Below are positions 11,860 through 25,382 of a stretch of 64,000 bases of DNA, piece by piece. This stretch comes from Octopus sinensis (taxonomy: Eukaryota). Numbering within the stretch: the stretch's first letter is position 1; the number at the start of each line of letters is the position of its first letter. The stretch lies in NCBI RefSeq assembly GCF_006345805.1, contig NW_021835038.1, positions 5,416 to 69,415 of the forward strand, read 5' to 3'. Both the position numbers and the translations under genes were made by a program. The notes under the pieces are model-generated. The model searched no databases, was not told the origin of the DNA, and saw only the letters and a list, made by a program, of their open reading frames with translations.

Positions 11860-12354
11860 GAATTCCTTGAATCGGATTTGGGACACTGAAAGTTAGGAGC
11901 ATACCCTTTCGGCTTCTTATCACTTCTAGAATTCTGCTCGAACTAAAAGTGCTATCAAATCCGAATATTGCAAGCGAAGAATTTCTGCTCTCCCCTTTCC
12001 ACCAGCGTGGGTTAAATTGACAAACACCATGTATTAACGTGAAAACCGCAGCATTTAAACAGAGAGATGATTATAATTTCAACAATTGAGGGTAAAATTA
12101 ATTAATTATTATCAATTTCACCAAGTATTCAGTATGTAAGGGACCATTTTAGCGCATTCAAATATTACATTATATATAAGGGCTTAGTAAAATAAATTAC
12201 TTTGCCACATACTGAACTCATTAGAAATAGCAGCTAAAGAAATTTCTTCAGCTATTTCTAATACTTAAAGAAATCTCTCTCAGATAGTGTTTGCCTAAAC
12301 CAACTCACAAAGGTATGGGTGAAAAACATTAAAAAATCAAGTGCAAAGGTTATT

Positions 12355-12406
12355 TGAGAACGTACGTTTCTAGATTAGTCAATTCGACATTTCTTTCGTC
12401 AGCTCA
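12355..12406 (-). ncRNA. Type I hammerhead-like motif (H5)
   Basis: Minus strand tgag-CTGACGA-aagaaatgtcgaattgactaatcta-GAAA-CGTACG-TT-ctca; stem I tgag/ctca; stem II aga/tct plus gtc/gac with a mismatched first pair; palindromic ACGTACGT stem III; GUU triplet. Confidence 0.55.
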
Positions 12407-12706
12407 GAATTCCTTGAATCGGATTTGGGAACACTGAAAGTTGGGAGCATACCCTTTCAGCTTCATACCTTTGTGAGTTGGTTTAGGAAAACACTATCTG
12501 AGAGAGATCTTCTTTAAGTATTAGAAATAGCTGAAGAAATTTCTTTAGCTGCTATTTCTAATGAGTTCAGTATGTGGCAAAGTAATTTATTTTACTAAGC
12601 CCTTATATATAATGTAATATTTTGAATTCGCCTAAAATGGTCCCTTTACATACTGAATACTTGGTGAAATTGATTAATAATTAATTAATTTTACCCTCAA
12701 TTGTTG

Positions 12707-12741
<35 letters not shown>

Positions 12742-12780
12742 TAAAAAATGGAGCTAACGCAGGTTTAAACAAGTATTTTT

Positions 12781-12866
12781 ACTTTCGACACATGTTTCGA
12801 AAATTCCACTGATACTATTCAAAAGAATAAATGGTATAAACAATGCAATCTTCTCTTCGGGAAAGT
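12781..12866 (-). ncRNA. Type I hammerhead-like motif with U4C change (H6)
   Basis: Minus strand actttc-CCGAAGA-gaagatt...aattttc-GAAA-CATGT-GTC-gaaagt; 6-bp stem I, 7-bp stem II, GUC triplet. Confidence 0.6.
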
Positions 12867-13007
12867 GAAAAAAACGAAACTCGTCAACACGACATTTTAG
12901 CAAAAAAATGATGGATTTGTATAGCGATAGACAGAACGCTATTAATATTGTTTAAAAAAACGTTATATGATATAACGTCATAAGTAGCTAACAGAAAGCG
13001 AGCCACT

Positions 13008-13700
13008 GAGAGCCGCGGCAGCCCGTCGAGGTAGGATGTGAAATCCATCCTGCCACCCGGCTCACCGCTATTCCCGAACATTTGAGCAAAGCGCCGCTGA
13101 AAGGCCGCACACATCTGTTTTGGAACAGTTATCATTTGCCCGTCGTGGTCCGACAACGATCGAATCCAGGATTTATTGCTATGCTGTGCCTCATCCACTC
13201 GGGCCCATTCAACGACTTTCGTCCCTTCGTGTCTAAGTGATCATGCCTTAGCTCTGACAACGTAACCTTCGTGTTTCGCGTTGAAGAATTTGACTAGTTC
13301 TGCCCCTACTGTTTCTTTCTACTGCTAGTCCTTTGCAAGACCTTATAGATTCTATTCTAATCGCCCTTTTCAGGGCGAACCATAATTTATTCTGGATTAT
13401 TGCTGCCTTAACTTGTTCACTTATCCGGTATCTGAAATCTTTACGCGTCGGCAACGAGGTGTTCAGTTTCAAGTAACCGGGTTCCTGTCTATGAAGCCTA
13501 TCTAAGTCGACTGTACTGATGACGAATTTGTGGTCTGTGTAGTCGGCTACTTTAAATTGTGGACAACTTAGGCTATCCTTATCTGCTACTCTACAGAATA
13601 ATACCCTACCTAGATACGTTCTGGATGACCCGATGTTGTTTGATCAGGTCTACGCTGGCATATCAGCGAAATCCAATCGATACCTGTCAATAACAGGAAG
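13008..13700 (-). mobile_element. L1/Tx1-like ORF2 fragment (C-terminal APE endonuclease and linker), decayed
   Basis: Manual minus-strand translation gives RTYLGRVLF...DYTDHKFV...PGYLKLNTSL (xLDRxx, xDH and GxWKLN motifs); ORFs 13248..13472 and 12884..13198 (WIRSLSDHDGQMIT...YLDGLPRLS) fit the EN-RT linker. Confidence 0.7.
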
Positions 13701-13819
13701 TATTTTGAATTGATAAAATTTTGCTGAATCTTATCTAATGGCTGTTTTACTGAAAAATAACATTTATGGTGGCGTAGCTGTGAGGGTGCGGCGACTGTTG
13801 GCGATAGATAAAGCTGTTG

Positions 13820-14078
13820 TTTGTAGTTGTTGCTGTTGTTGATGGTGGTGTGGCGGCGGTGGCGCTGGTGCTGGTGGAGCTGGTGGTGGTGATGGTGGTG
13901 GTGGTGTAAGTGATGTTCGTTGGTAGTGGTGAAGTTGTTAGTGGTGATGTTCTTGGTGGTGTGGTGTGGTGTGGTAGTAGTTGTGATGGGTGTTGTTGTT
14001 AAGGTGATGGCAGAGTTGCTGTTGTTAGTAGTGTTGTTGTCGGTGGTTGTATGATCATTATCATGATTACCATCATCC

Positions 14079-14127
<49 letters not shown>

Positions 14128-14128
14128 A

Positions 14129-14168
<40 letters not shown>

Positions 14169-14431
14169 GTTTAGTAGTAGTGTAGTAGTAGTAGTATAGG
14201 TAGTAGTAGTAGTAGTAGTAGTAGTAGTGTGGTAGTTGTAGTTGTTATGATAGCGATAGTGTGGTAGTGGTGGTGGTGGTGGTGGTGGTGGTGGTGGTGG
14301 TGGTGGTGGTGGTGAGGTAATGTTGCTGATGATGCTCGAGCAGTCCCAACATGGACTGCAACTCAACACTGACAGTAATAGTACTGCAGCTGCTCATGCT
14401 GTTGCTGTTGCTTCTGCTACTGCTGTTGCTG

Positions 14432-14477
<46 letters not shown>

Positions 14478-14545
14478 GTGTAGTATTATTACTACTACTG
14501 CCGCTAACCATCCACCACCAACACCACCAACACCACTACTACCAA
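13820..14545. repeat. Compound (GGT)n-(CAT)n-(ATT)n-(AGT)n-(CTA)n array
   Basis: Direct reading. Confidence 0.9.
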
Positions 14546-14551
14546 TGCCAG

Positions 14552-14760
14552 TGCACGCGCGCTGCGAAATGCTTAGCGGTATTTCGTCTGCCGTTATGTT
14601 GTGAGTTCAAATTCCGCCGAGGTCGACTTTGCCTTTCATCCTTTCGAGGTCAATAAATTAAGTACCAGTTACACACTGGGGTCGATCTACTCGACTTAAT
14701 CCGTTTGTCTGTCCTCGTTTGTCCCCTCTATGTTTAGCCCCTTGTGGTCAATAAAGAAAT
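14552..14760 (+). mobile_element. SINE family B copy, 5'-truncated
   Basis: cgaaatgcttagcggtatttcg...gagttcaaattccgccgaggtcgactttgcc...aataaagaaata. Confidence 0.85.
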
Positions 14761-15270
<510 letters not shown>

Positions 15271-15619
15271 TGCACGTATGTACGCATACACGTCCTATAT
15301 TTGTATTCGATGTTTATCCAAAGTCATTGCAGTTTTTATTAGACGTCTACTCTTGTAATTTGTACCTCGAATGTGTTGTAGATTTGTACCTTCAATTATC
15401 CTTCAAACACCTCCGTGTGAAACAATCAACATGTCATCTGGTCACCACTGAACCCGTTATCCTAGTGATGTGAAATGACGATAAGTGAATGAATAAATCT
15501 CTAAGTATTTCCTCTAAGTATTTAAGACAACACTAAAATTATTGTTATATTTGGGAATGGTCATTTTTACCAATAAACAAACGCAATATTTAGTTGATCT
15601 TGCGCGGCATATGTAGCGC

Positions 15620-16500
15620 GACATGTGTGGCAAGATAAGATATCCAATGACTAAATCTCAGAAAAAGGATATTTTTCTAGTATCGAAAGCATGTTGATGA
15701 AAATTCAGTGCAGATGGACAGGACATGTTCGAATGAGAAATGACCGCATTCGGAAAATGGTTCTGTAAGACCAACAAGTGGAGGGATACCGCGACAAAGG
15801 AAGACCAGTTCTTAGGTATAAGGATAAGTTGAAGCAATCGTTAAAATCTCAACAGCTTAACATGACATCTTAGAAAATTCATTGCCTAGATTGACCTGCA
15901 ATGGCGTAAAATGACTGACGATGCATCAAACCAATTTGAGTTGAAGAAAAAGAACAATAGAAGAACTATATCAACAGACGCAGGAGTGGCTGTGTGGTAA
16001 GTAGCTTGTTTACCAACCACATGGTTCCGGGTTCAGTTCCACTGCGTGGCACCTTGGGCAGGTGTCTTCTACTATAGCTTCGGGCCGACCAAAGCCCTGT
16101 GAGTGGATTTGGTAGACGGAACTGAAAGAAGCCCGTCGTATATATGTATATATATATATGAGTGTATGTGTGTCTGTGTTTGTCCCCCTAGCATTGCTTG
16201 ACAACCGATGCTGGTGTGTTTATGTCCACGTTACTTAGCGGTTCGGCAAAAGAGACCGATAGAATAAGTACTGGGCTTACAAAAGAATAAGTCCCGGGAT
16301 CGAATTGCTCGATTAAAGGCGGTGCTCCAGCATGGCCGCAGTCAAATGACTGAAACAAGTAAAAGAGTAAAGAGTAAAAGAGAGACACATTTGCCCAATT
16401 CCAGGCTAAATCAAAATTATCAATGTCCCCATTGTGACTTCATAGCAAAATCCATTCCTGGATTGAAATCACATTCACGCAACCATCGCAAACAGATGCA
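15620..16500 (+). mobile_element. RTE-clade LINE 3' fragment interrupted by a SINE A
   Basis: IESMLMKIQCRWTGHVRM...KGRPVLRYKDKLKQSL about 15677-15845; C2H2 finger YQCPHCDFIAKSIPGLKSHSRNH about 16418-16486. Confidence 0.7.
15979..16382 (+). mobile_element. SINE family A, full length
   Basis: A-box-like TGGCTGTGTGG, B-box-like GGTTCAGTTCC, ccttgggcaggtgtc block, gtaaaaga tail repeats. Confidence 0.9.
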
Positions 16501-16654
16501 GCTCCTTACTGTTTTTCTTTTTTTCTTTATTTTCTTCCTTCCTTCCTTCCTTCCTTCCTTTCTTTCTTTCTTTTTTTCTTCTTTCTATTACTCTCTTTAA
16601 CATTACTCCTCTCCTTCACTCATACGTCGAAACCGACGGGAGCGACAGTCATCA

Positions 16655-16660
16655 TCGTCA

Positions 16661-16714
<54 letters not shown>

Positions 16715-16717
16715 TAC

Positions 16718-16797
<80 letters not shown>

Positions 16798-16923
16798 ATT
16801 ATTATTATTATAGTTATTTATTAGAGTCTTTTGTTACGCGTTCTGTGATTTCTTCAATGACTTTCTGTTGTTTCTGGTCTCTCTTCTTCTCTCAATGAGT
16901 GACGAAAATTCTGTGGCAAATAA

Positions 16924-16982
<59 letters not shown>

Positions 16983-16984
16983 TG

Positions 16985-17037
<53 letters not shown>

Positions 17038-17347
17038 GATGATGATAGTGATGATTATGATGATGATGATGATGATGATGATAGCAACAATAATAATAGC
17101 AATAATAATAATAATAGCAATAATGATGATGATGATGAGGATATAAGCACTTAACTACCAACATGGCTGAAAAAGATTGGTGCAAGTGTGAAGGTAGAAC
17201 ATCTACAAGAATCAGCATTGCTTGGAACTGCAAGAATTTTTTGCATGGTTCTTGAAGCATGACCAGTAAACAAGTGTCACTTTCGTCTGCTGGGTGTGGA
17301 CAGCTGACACTTTCCCTCATACCCAGCAAAATAAGCTGTGGGGTTTC

Positions 17348-17386
<39 letters not shown>

Positions 17387-17406
17387 TAATAATAATAATA
17401 ATAATA

Positions 17407-17439
<33 letters not shown>

Positions 17440-17524
17440 TAATAAATAATAATAATAATAAATAATAATAATAACAATAATGATATAATAACAATAATAA
17501 TAATAATAATATAATAACAATAAC

Positions 17525-17571
<47 letters not shown>

Positions 17572-17755
17572 TAATAATCATAATAATATAATAATAATAA
17601 TAATGATAATAATCATAATAATAATAATAATAATAATGATGATAATAATAATAATAATAATTATATTATTATTATAATAATGATAATAATAATAATGATA
17701 ATAATCATAATAATAATAATAATATCATAATAATCATAATAATATAATAATAATA

Positions 17756-17791
<36 letters not shown>

Positions 17792-18139
17792 TATAATAAT
17801 AATAATGATAATAATAATGATAATAATAATAATAATAATGATAATAATGATAATAATAATTATAATAATGATAATAATAATAATAATAATTATAATAATG
17901 ATATAATAATAATAATAATAATAATAAATAATAATATAATAATATAATAATGATAATAATCATAATAATAATAAATAATAATGATAATAATCATAATAAT
18001 AATAATAATAATAATGATGATAATAATAATAATAATTATTATTATTATTATTATAATAATGATAATAATAATAATGATAATAATCATAATAATAATAATA
18101 ATAATCATAATAATCATAATAATAATAATAATAATAATG

Positions 18140-18191
<52 letters not shown>

Positions 18192-18301
18192 TAATAATAA
18201 TAATAATGATAATAATAATGATAATAATAATAATAATAATGATAATAATGATAATAATAATTATAATAATGATAATAATAATAATAATTATTATAATAAT
18301 G

Positions 18302-18347
<46 letters not shown>

Positions 18348-18372
18348 TGATGATGATGATGATGATGATGAT
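16655..18372. repeat. Very long interrupted (ATT)/(AAT)/(GAT)n array
   Basis: Direct reading; interrupted by the R4 3' fragment at 17138-17350. Confidence 0.95.
17138..17350 (+). mobile_element. R4/Dong-type LINE 3' end fragment in (AAT)n
   Basis: WLKKIGASVKVEHLQESALLGTARIFCMVLEA* matches the C-terminus of the R4-like ORFs elsewhere in the window; followed by (AAT)n. Confidence 0.65.
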
Positions 18373-18519
18373 CATAAAGCTAAGGTGAAGTTCAAATAAA
18401 TAATGTGTGCGTTTTAGGACTTAATATGGATATATTTCAGAAAAGCTGTGTAATAGGAAATTGAATAAGTTCACTGCTCATTTTTCCGTTCTTTTGTCAT
18501 GTGTGTGTGTGTGTGTGTA

Positions 18520-18650
18520 CTGGACTGGCTTCTTTCAGCTTTTGTTTTCCGAATCCACTGACAAGGCTTTGGTTCGCCCAGAACTATAGTAGAACACCCT
18601 TGCCCAAGGTGCCACACTGTGGGACTGAACTCAGTCGGGAAACAAACTTA
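18520..18650 (-). mobile_element. SINE family A, 5' fragment
   Basis: ggcttctttcagc...caaggctttgg...tgcccaaggtgccacactgtgggactgaac. Confidence 0.75.
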
Positions 18651-18867
18651 TCTGACGATCAGAAATCAAATCAATAAATGCTTTAGGGAGCTCTGACTTT
18701 TTCAAGGATTCTATCCAAGATAGCTAATTTGTCGGCCACGTTTCGTGAATTAATGCAGTGTTCTTGAAAGAAGCAGAATATTACATGCATTGATGACTCC
18801 ATTCGTTCTCCGTCGTGATTCTAAATAGCTATGGCTGTTTAGAATCATAATTTATTAAAAGAAAATT

Positions 18868-19235
18868 TAATTAATTGATTGTCTGGTTAATTTTTCTGTC
18901 AGTCAATCAGGTAGGCTAATCAATTGACAAATAATAAGAGAAGTTAAACAGAACCAGTGCGTGTGTTCATTATTGGCATAATAACCCTCCCAAGAATCAA
19001 CAAATCGTCATTTATTTAACAGATTAGTCACTTGATTATTTAATTAATTGTTTGGTCAGTCAATTAGGGAGGTTAACCAATTGGCTAATAATAATGAAAG
19101 AAGTGTTTCAAAACCAGTGCGTGTGCTTATAATGAGCATAATGACCCTCCCAAGATTGCCTTTTATTTAACAAATTTATTTATGCATTGTTTGATTATTT
19201 GTTTGGTCAATCAATAAGATAGGCTACTCAATTGT
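18868..19235. repeat. About 2.5 diverged tandem copies of a 150-160-bp unit
   Basis: aaccagtgcgtgtg at about 18952 and 19112; gtttggtca...aattg at about 19050 and 19201; related motif at about 34712. Confidence 0.65.
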
Positions 19236-19305
<70 letters not shown>

Positions 19306-19348
19306 CAACAATAATAACAATAATAATAATTATAATAATAATAATAAT

Positions 19349-21518
19349 GAACAGAAAGGATGTAAACGTGGATCCTACGATTGTAAAGATCAACTACTCA
19401 TCAATAAGATGATCTTAGAAGATTGTCACAAACGACACAAAAACTTATCAATAGCCTGGATAGACTATAAAAAGGCTTTTGATAGCCTACCACATAGCTG
19501 GATTAAGAAATGCCTAGAAATGTATAAGATAGCACCTACTCTGCGAAACTTTTTGCCTGTAAGTATGAGATCACGGAGAACCACACTAACTTTGAACAGT
19601 GACAATGAATCTCTAAATGCTGGTGATGTAAACATTTCATGTGGCATTTTCCAGGGTGACTCACTATCACCACTCCTCTTCTGTTTAGCCTTAGTACCTC
19701 TCTCAAAACCGCTCAATGACGCGCAGTACGAATATAAAATGTTTGATAAAAATATAAATAATCTCATTTACATGGATGATTTAAAGCTCTTTGCAAAAAA
19801 TGACCAACAACTCAAGGGCTTACTAGCGATTGTCAAACAATTCAGTGATGACATCAGAATGCAATTTGGCCTCGATAAATGTGCAAAAGCTACCTTTATC
19901 AAAGGAAAAATGACAGAAACATCTAACGTTAACCTTGACCAGTAGAATGTCATGAAAGAATTAGACCCAGCGGAGAACTACAAGTATCTAAGGATAATTG
20001 AAGGGGACGGAATAAGGCATTCAGAGATGAAGGAAAGGATCAGGAGAGAATGTTATCGCAGAGTAAGAGCAATACTCAAGACAGAGCTGAATGCGAGAAA
20101 CAGGATCGAAGCGATCAACGCATTAGCCATACCAGTCGTGACTTACAGTTTCAATATCGTTAACTGGTCAATTACTGAAATATGTAATCTTGACAGAAAA
20201 ATACGAAAACTGTTGACAATGCATAGAATGCACCACCCTAAGGCAGATACAGAACGACTTTATCTGCCAAGAAACGAGGGAGGCCGTGGACTTTTACAAC
20301 TGGCAATAACAATGAAGATTGCTACAATTGGCCTAGACACCTACCTGAAAAACTCTGAGGACTGGATGTTAAAACTTGTCTCAAAACATGAAAACAAGAA
20401 AGCATCATACTCAGTAACAAAACAGGCAAAGGAATATCTAAGTGAATTCCGAATACAACAAATTTCGGAATTAGAGATAGACATACAAGAAACAAGCACA
20501 GAAAAAGCTAAGCGCATGAAAACCCGTGCTAAAACTGCGGCCTTAGATATTCTGAATGATAAATGGCAAGAAAAACCTCTCTATGGCAAATACTCAAAGA
20601 GAGCGAATAATGCAGATATTGACAAAGCCCTGACCCATCAATGGTTAATGGCCTCTGGCTTAAAATCTGAAACAGAGGGATTTATCATAGCAGCTCAAGA
20701 TCAATGCCTACCAACAAGAAAATACCAGGCCAACATATTAAAGAGCGGCAGTAGCCCAACATGTCGTGTATGTCAGCAACAAAATGAAACCATTGATCAT
20801 GTTGTCTCCAAGTGAAGTCTTCTAGCGCCTACAGAGTATCTCAACAGGCATGATAGAGCTGCACAATATATTCACTGGGTAATCTGCAAAAACCTGGATT
20901 TGCCCCATGAAAAAAACTGGTGGGAACACAAACCACCCCCAGTGCTTGAAAATGACCACATCTCACTCCTCTGGAACTTCACCATTCAAACTGCAGAAAG
21001 ATAGATGCAAATAGGCCAGACATCATATCGAAAGACTTCAAACAAAGAACATGCCTCCTTATTGATATGACTGTCCCAATCGATATAAACGTATCTGTAA
21101 AGACCTACCAAAAATTGAGCAAATATAAAGATCTTGAAATAGAAATCAGCAAAATGTGGAACCTGAAGACTAAAACAATACCTGTTGTCATAGGTGCCCT
21201 GGGAATGATAGCAAAAGGGGCTGATTGCTACCTAACTCAGATACCAAGAAACCCCAAAATGGCAGAAATTCAAAAGATAGTGCGCATGGGAACTGCTCAT
21301 ATCCTACGCAAAATACTTTCTATGTAATCTCAAGGTTTAAAACAAACATAATTTTTTTTTAGACATCCACTAGTACAACACCAAAAACAAAAAAAAAACA
21401 AATATATGGCACACTAGGCATAACAACAACGTGAACTTCCAACCTGTTGTCTCTTGAGGTCTCTGGGTGAGACTTGGAGCCAACTTGTACAAATATAAAG
21501 CAAAAGTCAAACATAGGA
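19349..21518 (+). mobile_element. 5'-truncated R4/Dong-type (RLE) non-LTR retrotransposon, few disabling mutations, flanked by (AAT)n
   Basis: [43 protein letters not shown] and YMDDLKLF (ORF 19232..19945); CRVCQQQNETIDHVV zinc motif (19952..20815); NRPDI and KLSKYKDLE endonuclease motifs (about 21010-21135); stop at 21327; (AAT)n on both sides. Confidence 0.92.
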
Positions 21519-21528
21519 TAATAATAAT

Positions 21529-21607
<79 letters not shown>

Positions 21608-22229
21608 GAAGTGAAACAGAACCAATACGTGACTTTATTATTGGAATAATGACACTCCCAAAATCTTTTGAAACAGGTTTTGCTGTATCTTGATTTGTTT
21701 GTTTCAGCACACTAGTTTACATAAAAAAATATTGCGAATCAAAATACAAAAACGGAAATATTTTTTAAATGTTAGTACGGAAATAACCTTAAGCATTATT
21801 GGATTTTAGTATGGGAAACCTTTGGGGGTTGCATACAAGCCCGCAAAAACCAATTTTTGAAAGTGTACATGCATTTCATATACGTGCTCCATCTGGGCCC
21901 TTCACCTTACCATTCTCTTGTGTACATTTTTTCGAAGCACTTTATGACTCACACGATGCTAGTATCTAGATGCCATATCAGTGCAGCTACTTGCTATCTG
22001 AGTAACGCTCCACATACGCTGTGTGGCACTCAATATTTTTTATCGCGCAATAAGAGCGCAGACGCATATTTATCGTTGTTCTTAAATGCATACTCTATTC
22101 GTTTTGCGAAGATTTATACACTAAAGTGTGATATAATATGGATGTGTGATATAATCTTAGATTATATTACCAAAGTTTTTGCTTTTTTTTTCAACTTTCC
22201 AACTGCATAGTTTAAATATTGCTTTTCAA

Positions 22230-22371
22230 AGTTTCTATTTATATGTCTGTATATCAAGCTCCAAGTTAGCATAGAATATCGTCTCGCTTTGAAAGTTTCT
22301 TGGGGACTTTGCAATCCAACACGCAATAAGCAACTCCAAGCATTTATAGATATATAAATTTCACACAGACA

Positions 22372-22404
<33 letters not shown>

Positions 22405-24900
22405 GTATTTGTTACGTTTTATCTGAGTTATACCCTCCAACCCTCCACTACTCATTTCTCTTTCAGTAACAGAGTCTTTCAGTTTCTTTTCTTCAATGAT
22501 TCCCTTCTTCACTCTCTTAAGATTAATCTGCTGTTTCTGTTGCTCTCTGAACTCCTCCAACCATCAGCAAACTGCTCAACTGTATTACGTTCTGTATCGA
22601 GGACACCTACCTTGCCTCAATCCTCTTTCGAAATCATAATCTTTGCTGACGTTTAATATTAACCAAATTTCTTTTGGAATTGGCACTGCTCCCACGCAGA
22701 CGTTGAAGAGCAGAAACCTAAATTCTTACCACCCAGAACTCTCTACAACAAATAGCGTCACTGCCTACATATGTCCCTGACCGATACATCGGCACTGCAA
22801 ACGGCCGTGACCGCTTTTACATTTCTTGTCCTAACTATCACCGCCTATCGGATCATACGAGCCAACTAAATAACACCAACACGTTACACACCCACATTTT
22901 GCTGAAAAAAATTCCACCAGACCCCAGACACGATGCTATTTCAAGTCAGTTTTACGCTGATTTCTCTGGCAGAAAATATTCTCCACCTTTCAGCCTTACG
23001 TAGTAGCACCAGTAGATGGCCAAAACCATTCTTTGTGGTATGTCCCTCAAACAATTGCATGTCGTAACCAAAAAGCTCCAAGTGGTTCACATACTGCTGA
23101 GCAGTAACAGCAGCATCCGTGTACCAGGGTGCACCAGGGGGAACCAGGAAACAGCAGAAAGCAGCAAAAAGCAGCAGTGTCCAGAAAGGTGAACAGGGCA
23201 CAGTTACAACAACACAGACGAAAAGTATGTATTCAATACCTGCGAAAAAATAAATAATAAATGCACCCTTTTAAAGCCTAGCCAGGCTCATGGGCCCGGT
23301 TTCCCGGTTTCAATGGTGTATGTGTTCCCCAGCTGGACAGGACGCTAATCCATCGCAGCGTTACTCATTTTTGCCAGCGGAGTGGAGTGGAGCAACGTGA
23401 AATGAAGTGTTTTGCTCAAGAACACAACGCGTCGCTCGGTCCACGAATCGAAACCATAATCTTACGATCATGATGCTGACACCTTAACCACTAAACCACG
23501 CGCCTCCACCAATACCTGGAAAAAACAAAACAAAAAAATGCCATCATCTACTTAATGAATGGAATTCTTACAAGACTACCGAACTATTCAAAAAGTAAAA
23601 GATGTCTTAAATGCATATATGACCAGAACCTGCAATCCTTCCTTCTAAATTGCAACGGATCCTTTTGCTTTCTTGCCAAGAGGATCTCTATAAACTTTGA
23701 AGAATCCTTCTACTCACCACTTCTTAACAAGAATAACTCTGTGAAAAGTAGCGCTGTCACTGCGTGTAAAAGCTTCCGCGTTTGGTGCAGGCTTTGCATC
23801 CAATTCCGCAATGCACATCCTAGACAAAATTTTCTTCCAAAAATTCTCTTCGATTCTGCTTGCCTCGCTCCACACATATTTATATACAACGATCACTTCA
23901 AGCAAAGTCCTTGTCGCTTCCATTACTTTCCAAACCGCTAACTATAAGCCCTGCTCATCAGTTTATTATTATTTTTCAATCTTTCTTTCTCTATAGAAAT
24001 CTTTCTTAATAATTACAAATATGCTTCAGTACGTCCTGCAAAACTAAAGTAGCTTTACTGTTCCTACCAATATCTATTTATCGATATTGGTAGGATCAGC
24101 AACCATCATCTAAATACTGGCGAAACAGTTGTTAACAATCACCTTTTTCCAATTCATTGAGCCGGTGCGCGCGCTCTCTCTCTCTCTCTTTCTCTCCTTC
24201 TCTCTCTCTCCCTCTCTCTATCTCTTTCTCCTTGATCACTCACCGCCAATACAAACAGCCTCTACAACACAAAGTCTCTTGGGCATTAGGGACCTACTGT
24301 CCTATGACACCCACCAGTGGTTCCTCTCTTGAGAGCTTTGTCATTGCTTTTGATATCAGTGATCGTATCTGAAATGAGTATTTTCTTGGCTAAGCCTCTC
24401 TACGATGAGCTCCGCTCGTCTTAGGTTTTAAACCTCTCGCTTGATTGCACCATTGTAAGATACATTGAAAAGGGTCTCTTTTACGAACACAATAGAGCTT
24501 TGGTGTGCCATATACTTATTCCTTCTGTGCATTAACAATTTTCTCAGTCACCACAAGCAATGTTCACTCCTTTACAGTTTAAAGTACCCTTTACCCATGA
24601 AACATCATCTGATACAACCTCACATAGATATCATCTACATACAACCTAGACATTTTACACCAAACTTATCCCGCCTCTATGAACAAACATCTCGAAAAAC
24701 ATCCCCTAATGGGGACATGGAAATCCCGTCTTGATGAACAGCAAATCTTTGTATCCTAACCAAGTAAAATCAATATATACGTTTTGCTTATTCCCTCATC
24801 TGCAACGATTGAGCAGACCTATAAAAAACCAAAGACGTTCCAACCGTGACAATGTAATCTTTTTCCTGATATAATGTATCTGGACTACATTATCTAATAT
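22230..24900 (+). mobile_element. Highly decayed APE-type LINE relic (CR1/L2/Jockey-like group)
   Basis: LGDF-like motif about 22298-22310; LLSYDTHQWFLSLESFVIAFDISDR about 24295-24370 (xDIxKAFD region); LFLLCINNFL about 24515-24545. Motifs are fragmentary. Confidence 0.4.
23270..23510 (-). mobile_element. tRNA-headed SINE family C
   Basis: Minus strand gtggaggcgcgtggtttagtggttaaggtg (A box) ... ggtttcgattc (B box) ... ttgagcaaaacactt ... ctgcgatggattagcgtcctgtccag; a related diverged copy at about 59945-60195. Confidence 0.75.
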
Positions 24901-25351
24901 TCCTTACCTTATTTAAGACAGTAGGATGGAATTTGAGGAAGGATTTTTGCTACTATTTCCCACAAGTCGAGCGACCACATGGCTGTTTACTTCTCCAGTA
25001 ATCAATTTCAATACAGTATCCGTATTCTTCACGGCATAATTAAAAGTCTGTTGCAACGATTCTCGTGAATTTGGGTGTGGTAGCCTGGTGTGTCTATTAC
25101 TGATCTGCATTGTACGATATCTCTTGCACAATTTTTAAACAGAATAATGCTGTTGCATGTTGTATGTTGTTGATAATGCTGCAGTCAATGTCCTTGATGC
25201 AGATTCAGTAATATAGGTTAGGGTAAATATGCAGTTTTTTTTAATTGTTAGCTCTTACTATCTGTTGGTGTGCAGCTGCAGATTATATGTAGCTAATTAC
25301 GTCGCTATGCACCATATCTAATTTCAACATGTGTGAAGTGCAGTGAGTCAG

Positions 25352-25382
<31 letters not shown>

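Larger units (their letters stand above)
11545..12710 (-). mobile_element. PLE-type non-autonomous element: direct repeats (about 550-bp period) plus a 240-bp inverted segment, in (TA)n
   Basis: 11609-11914 is repeated at 12161-12463; 12464-12710 is the reverse complement of 12076-12317; both direct copies carry a minus-strand hammerhead motif; (TA)n on both sides. Confidence 0.7.

Noticed and set aside
15979-16060. tRNA genes at SINE heads (also 23440-23510, 45531-45600)
   Set aside because: A/B-box-like motifs are present but there is no complete cloverleaf, and they continue into SINE bodies.
15975-16386. 4-bp agac TSD around the SINE A in the RTE fragment
   Set aside because: Too short to distinguish from chance.
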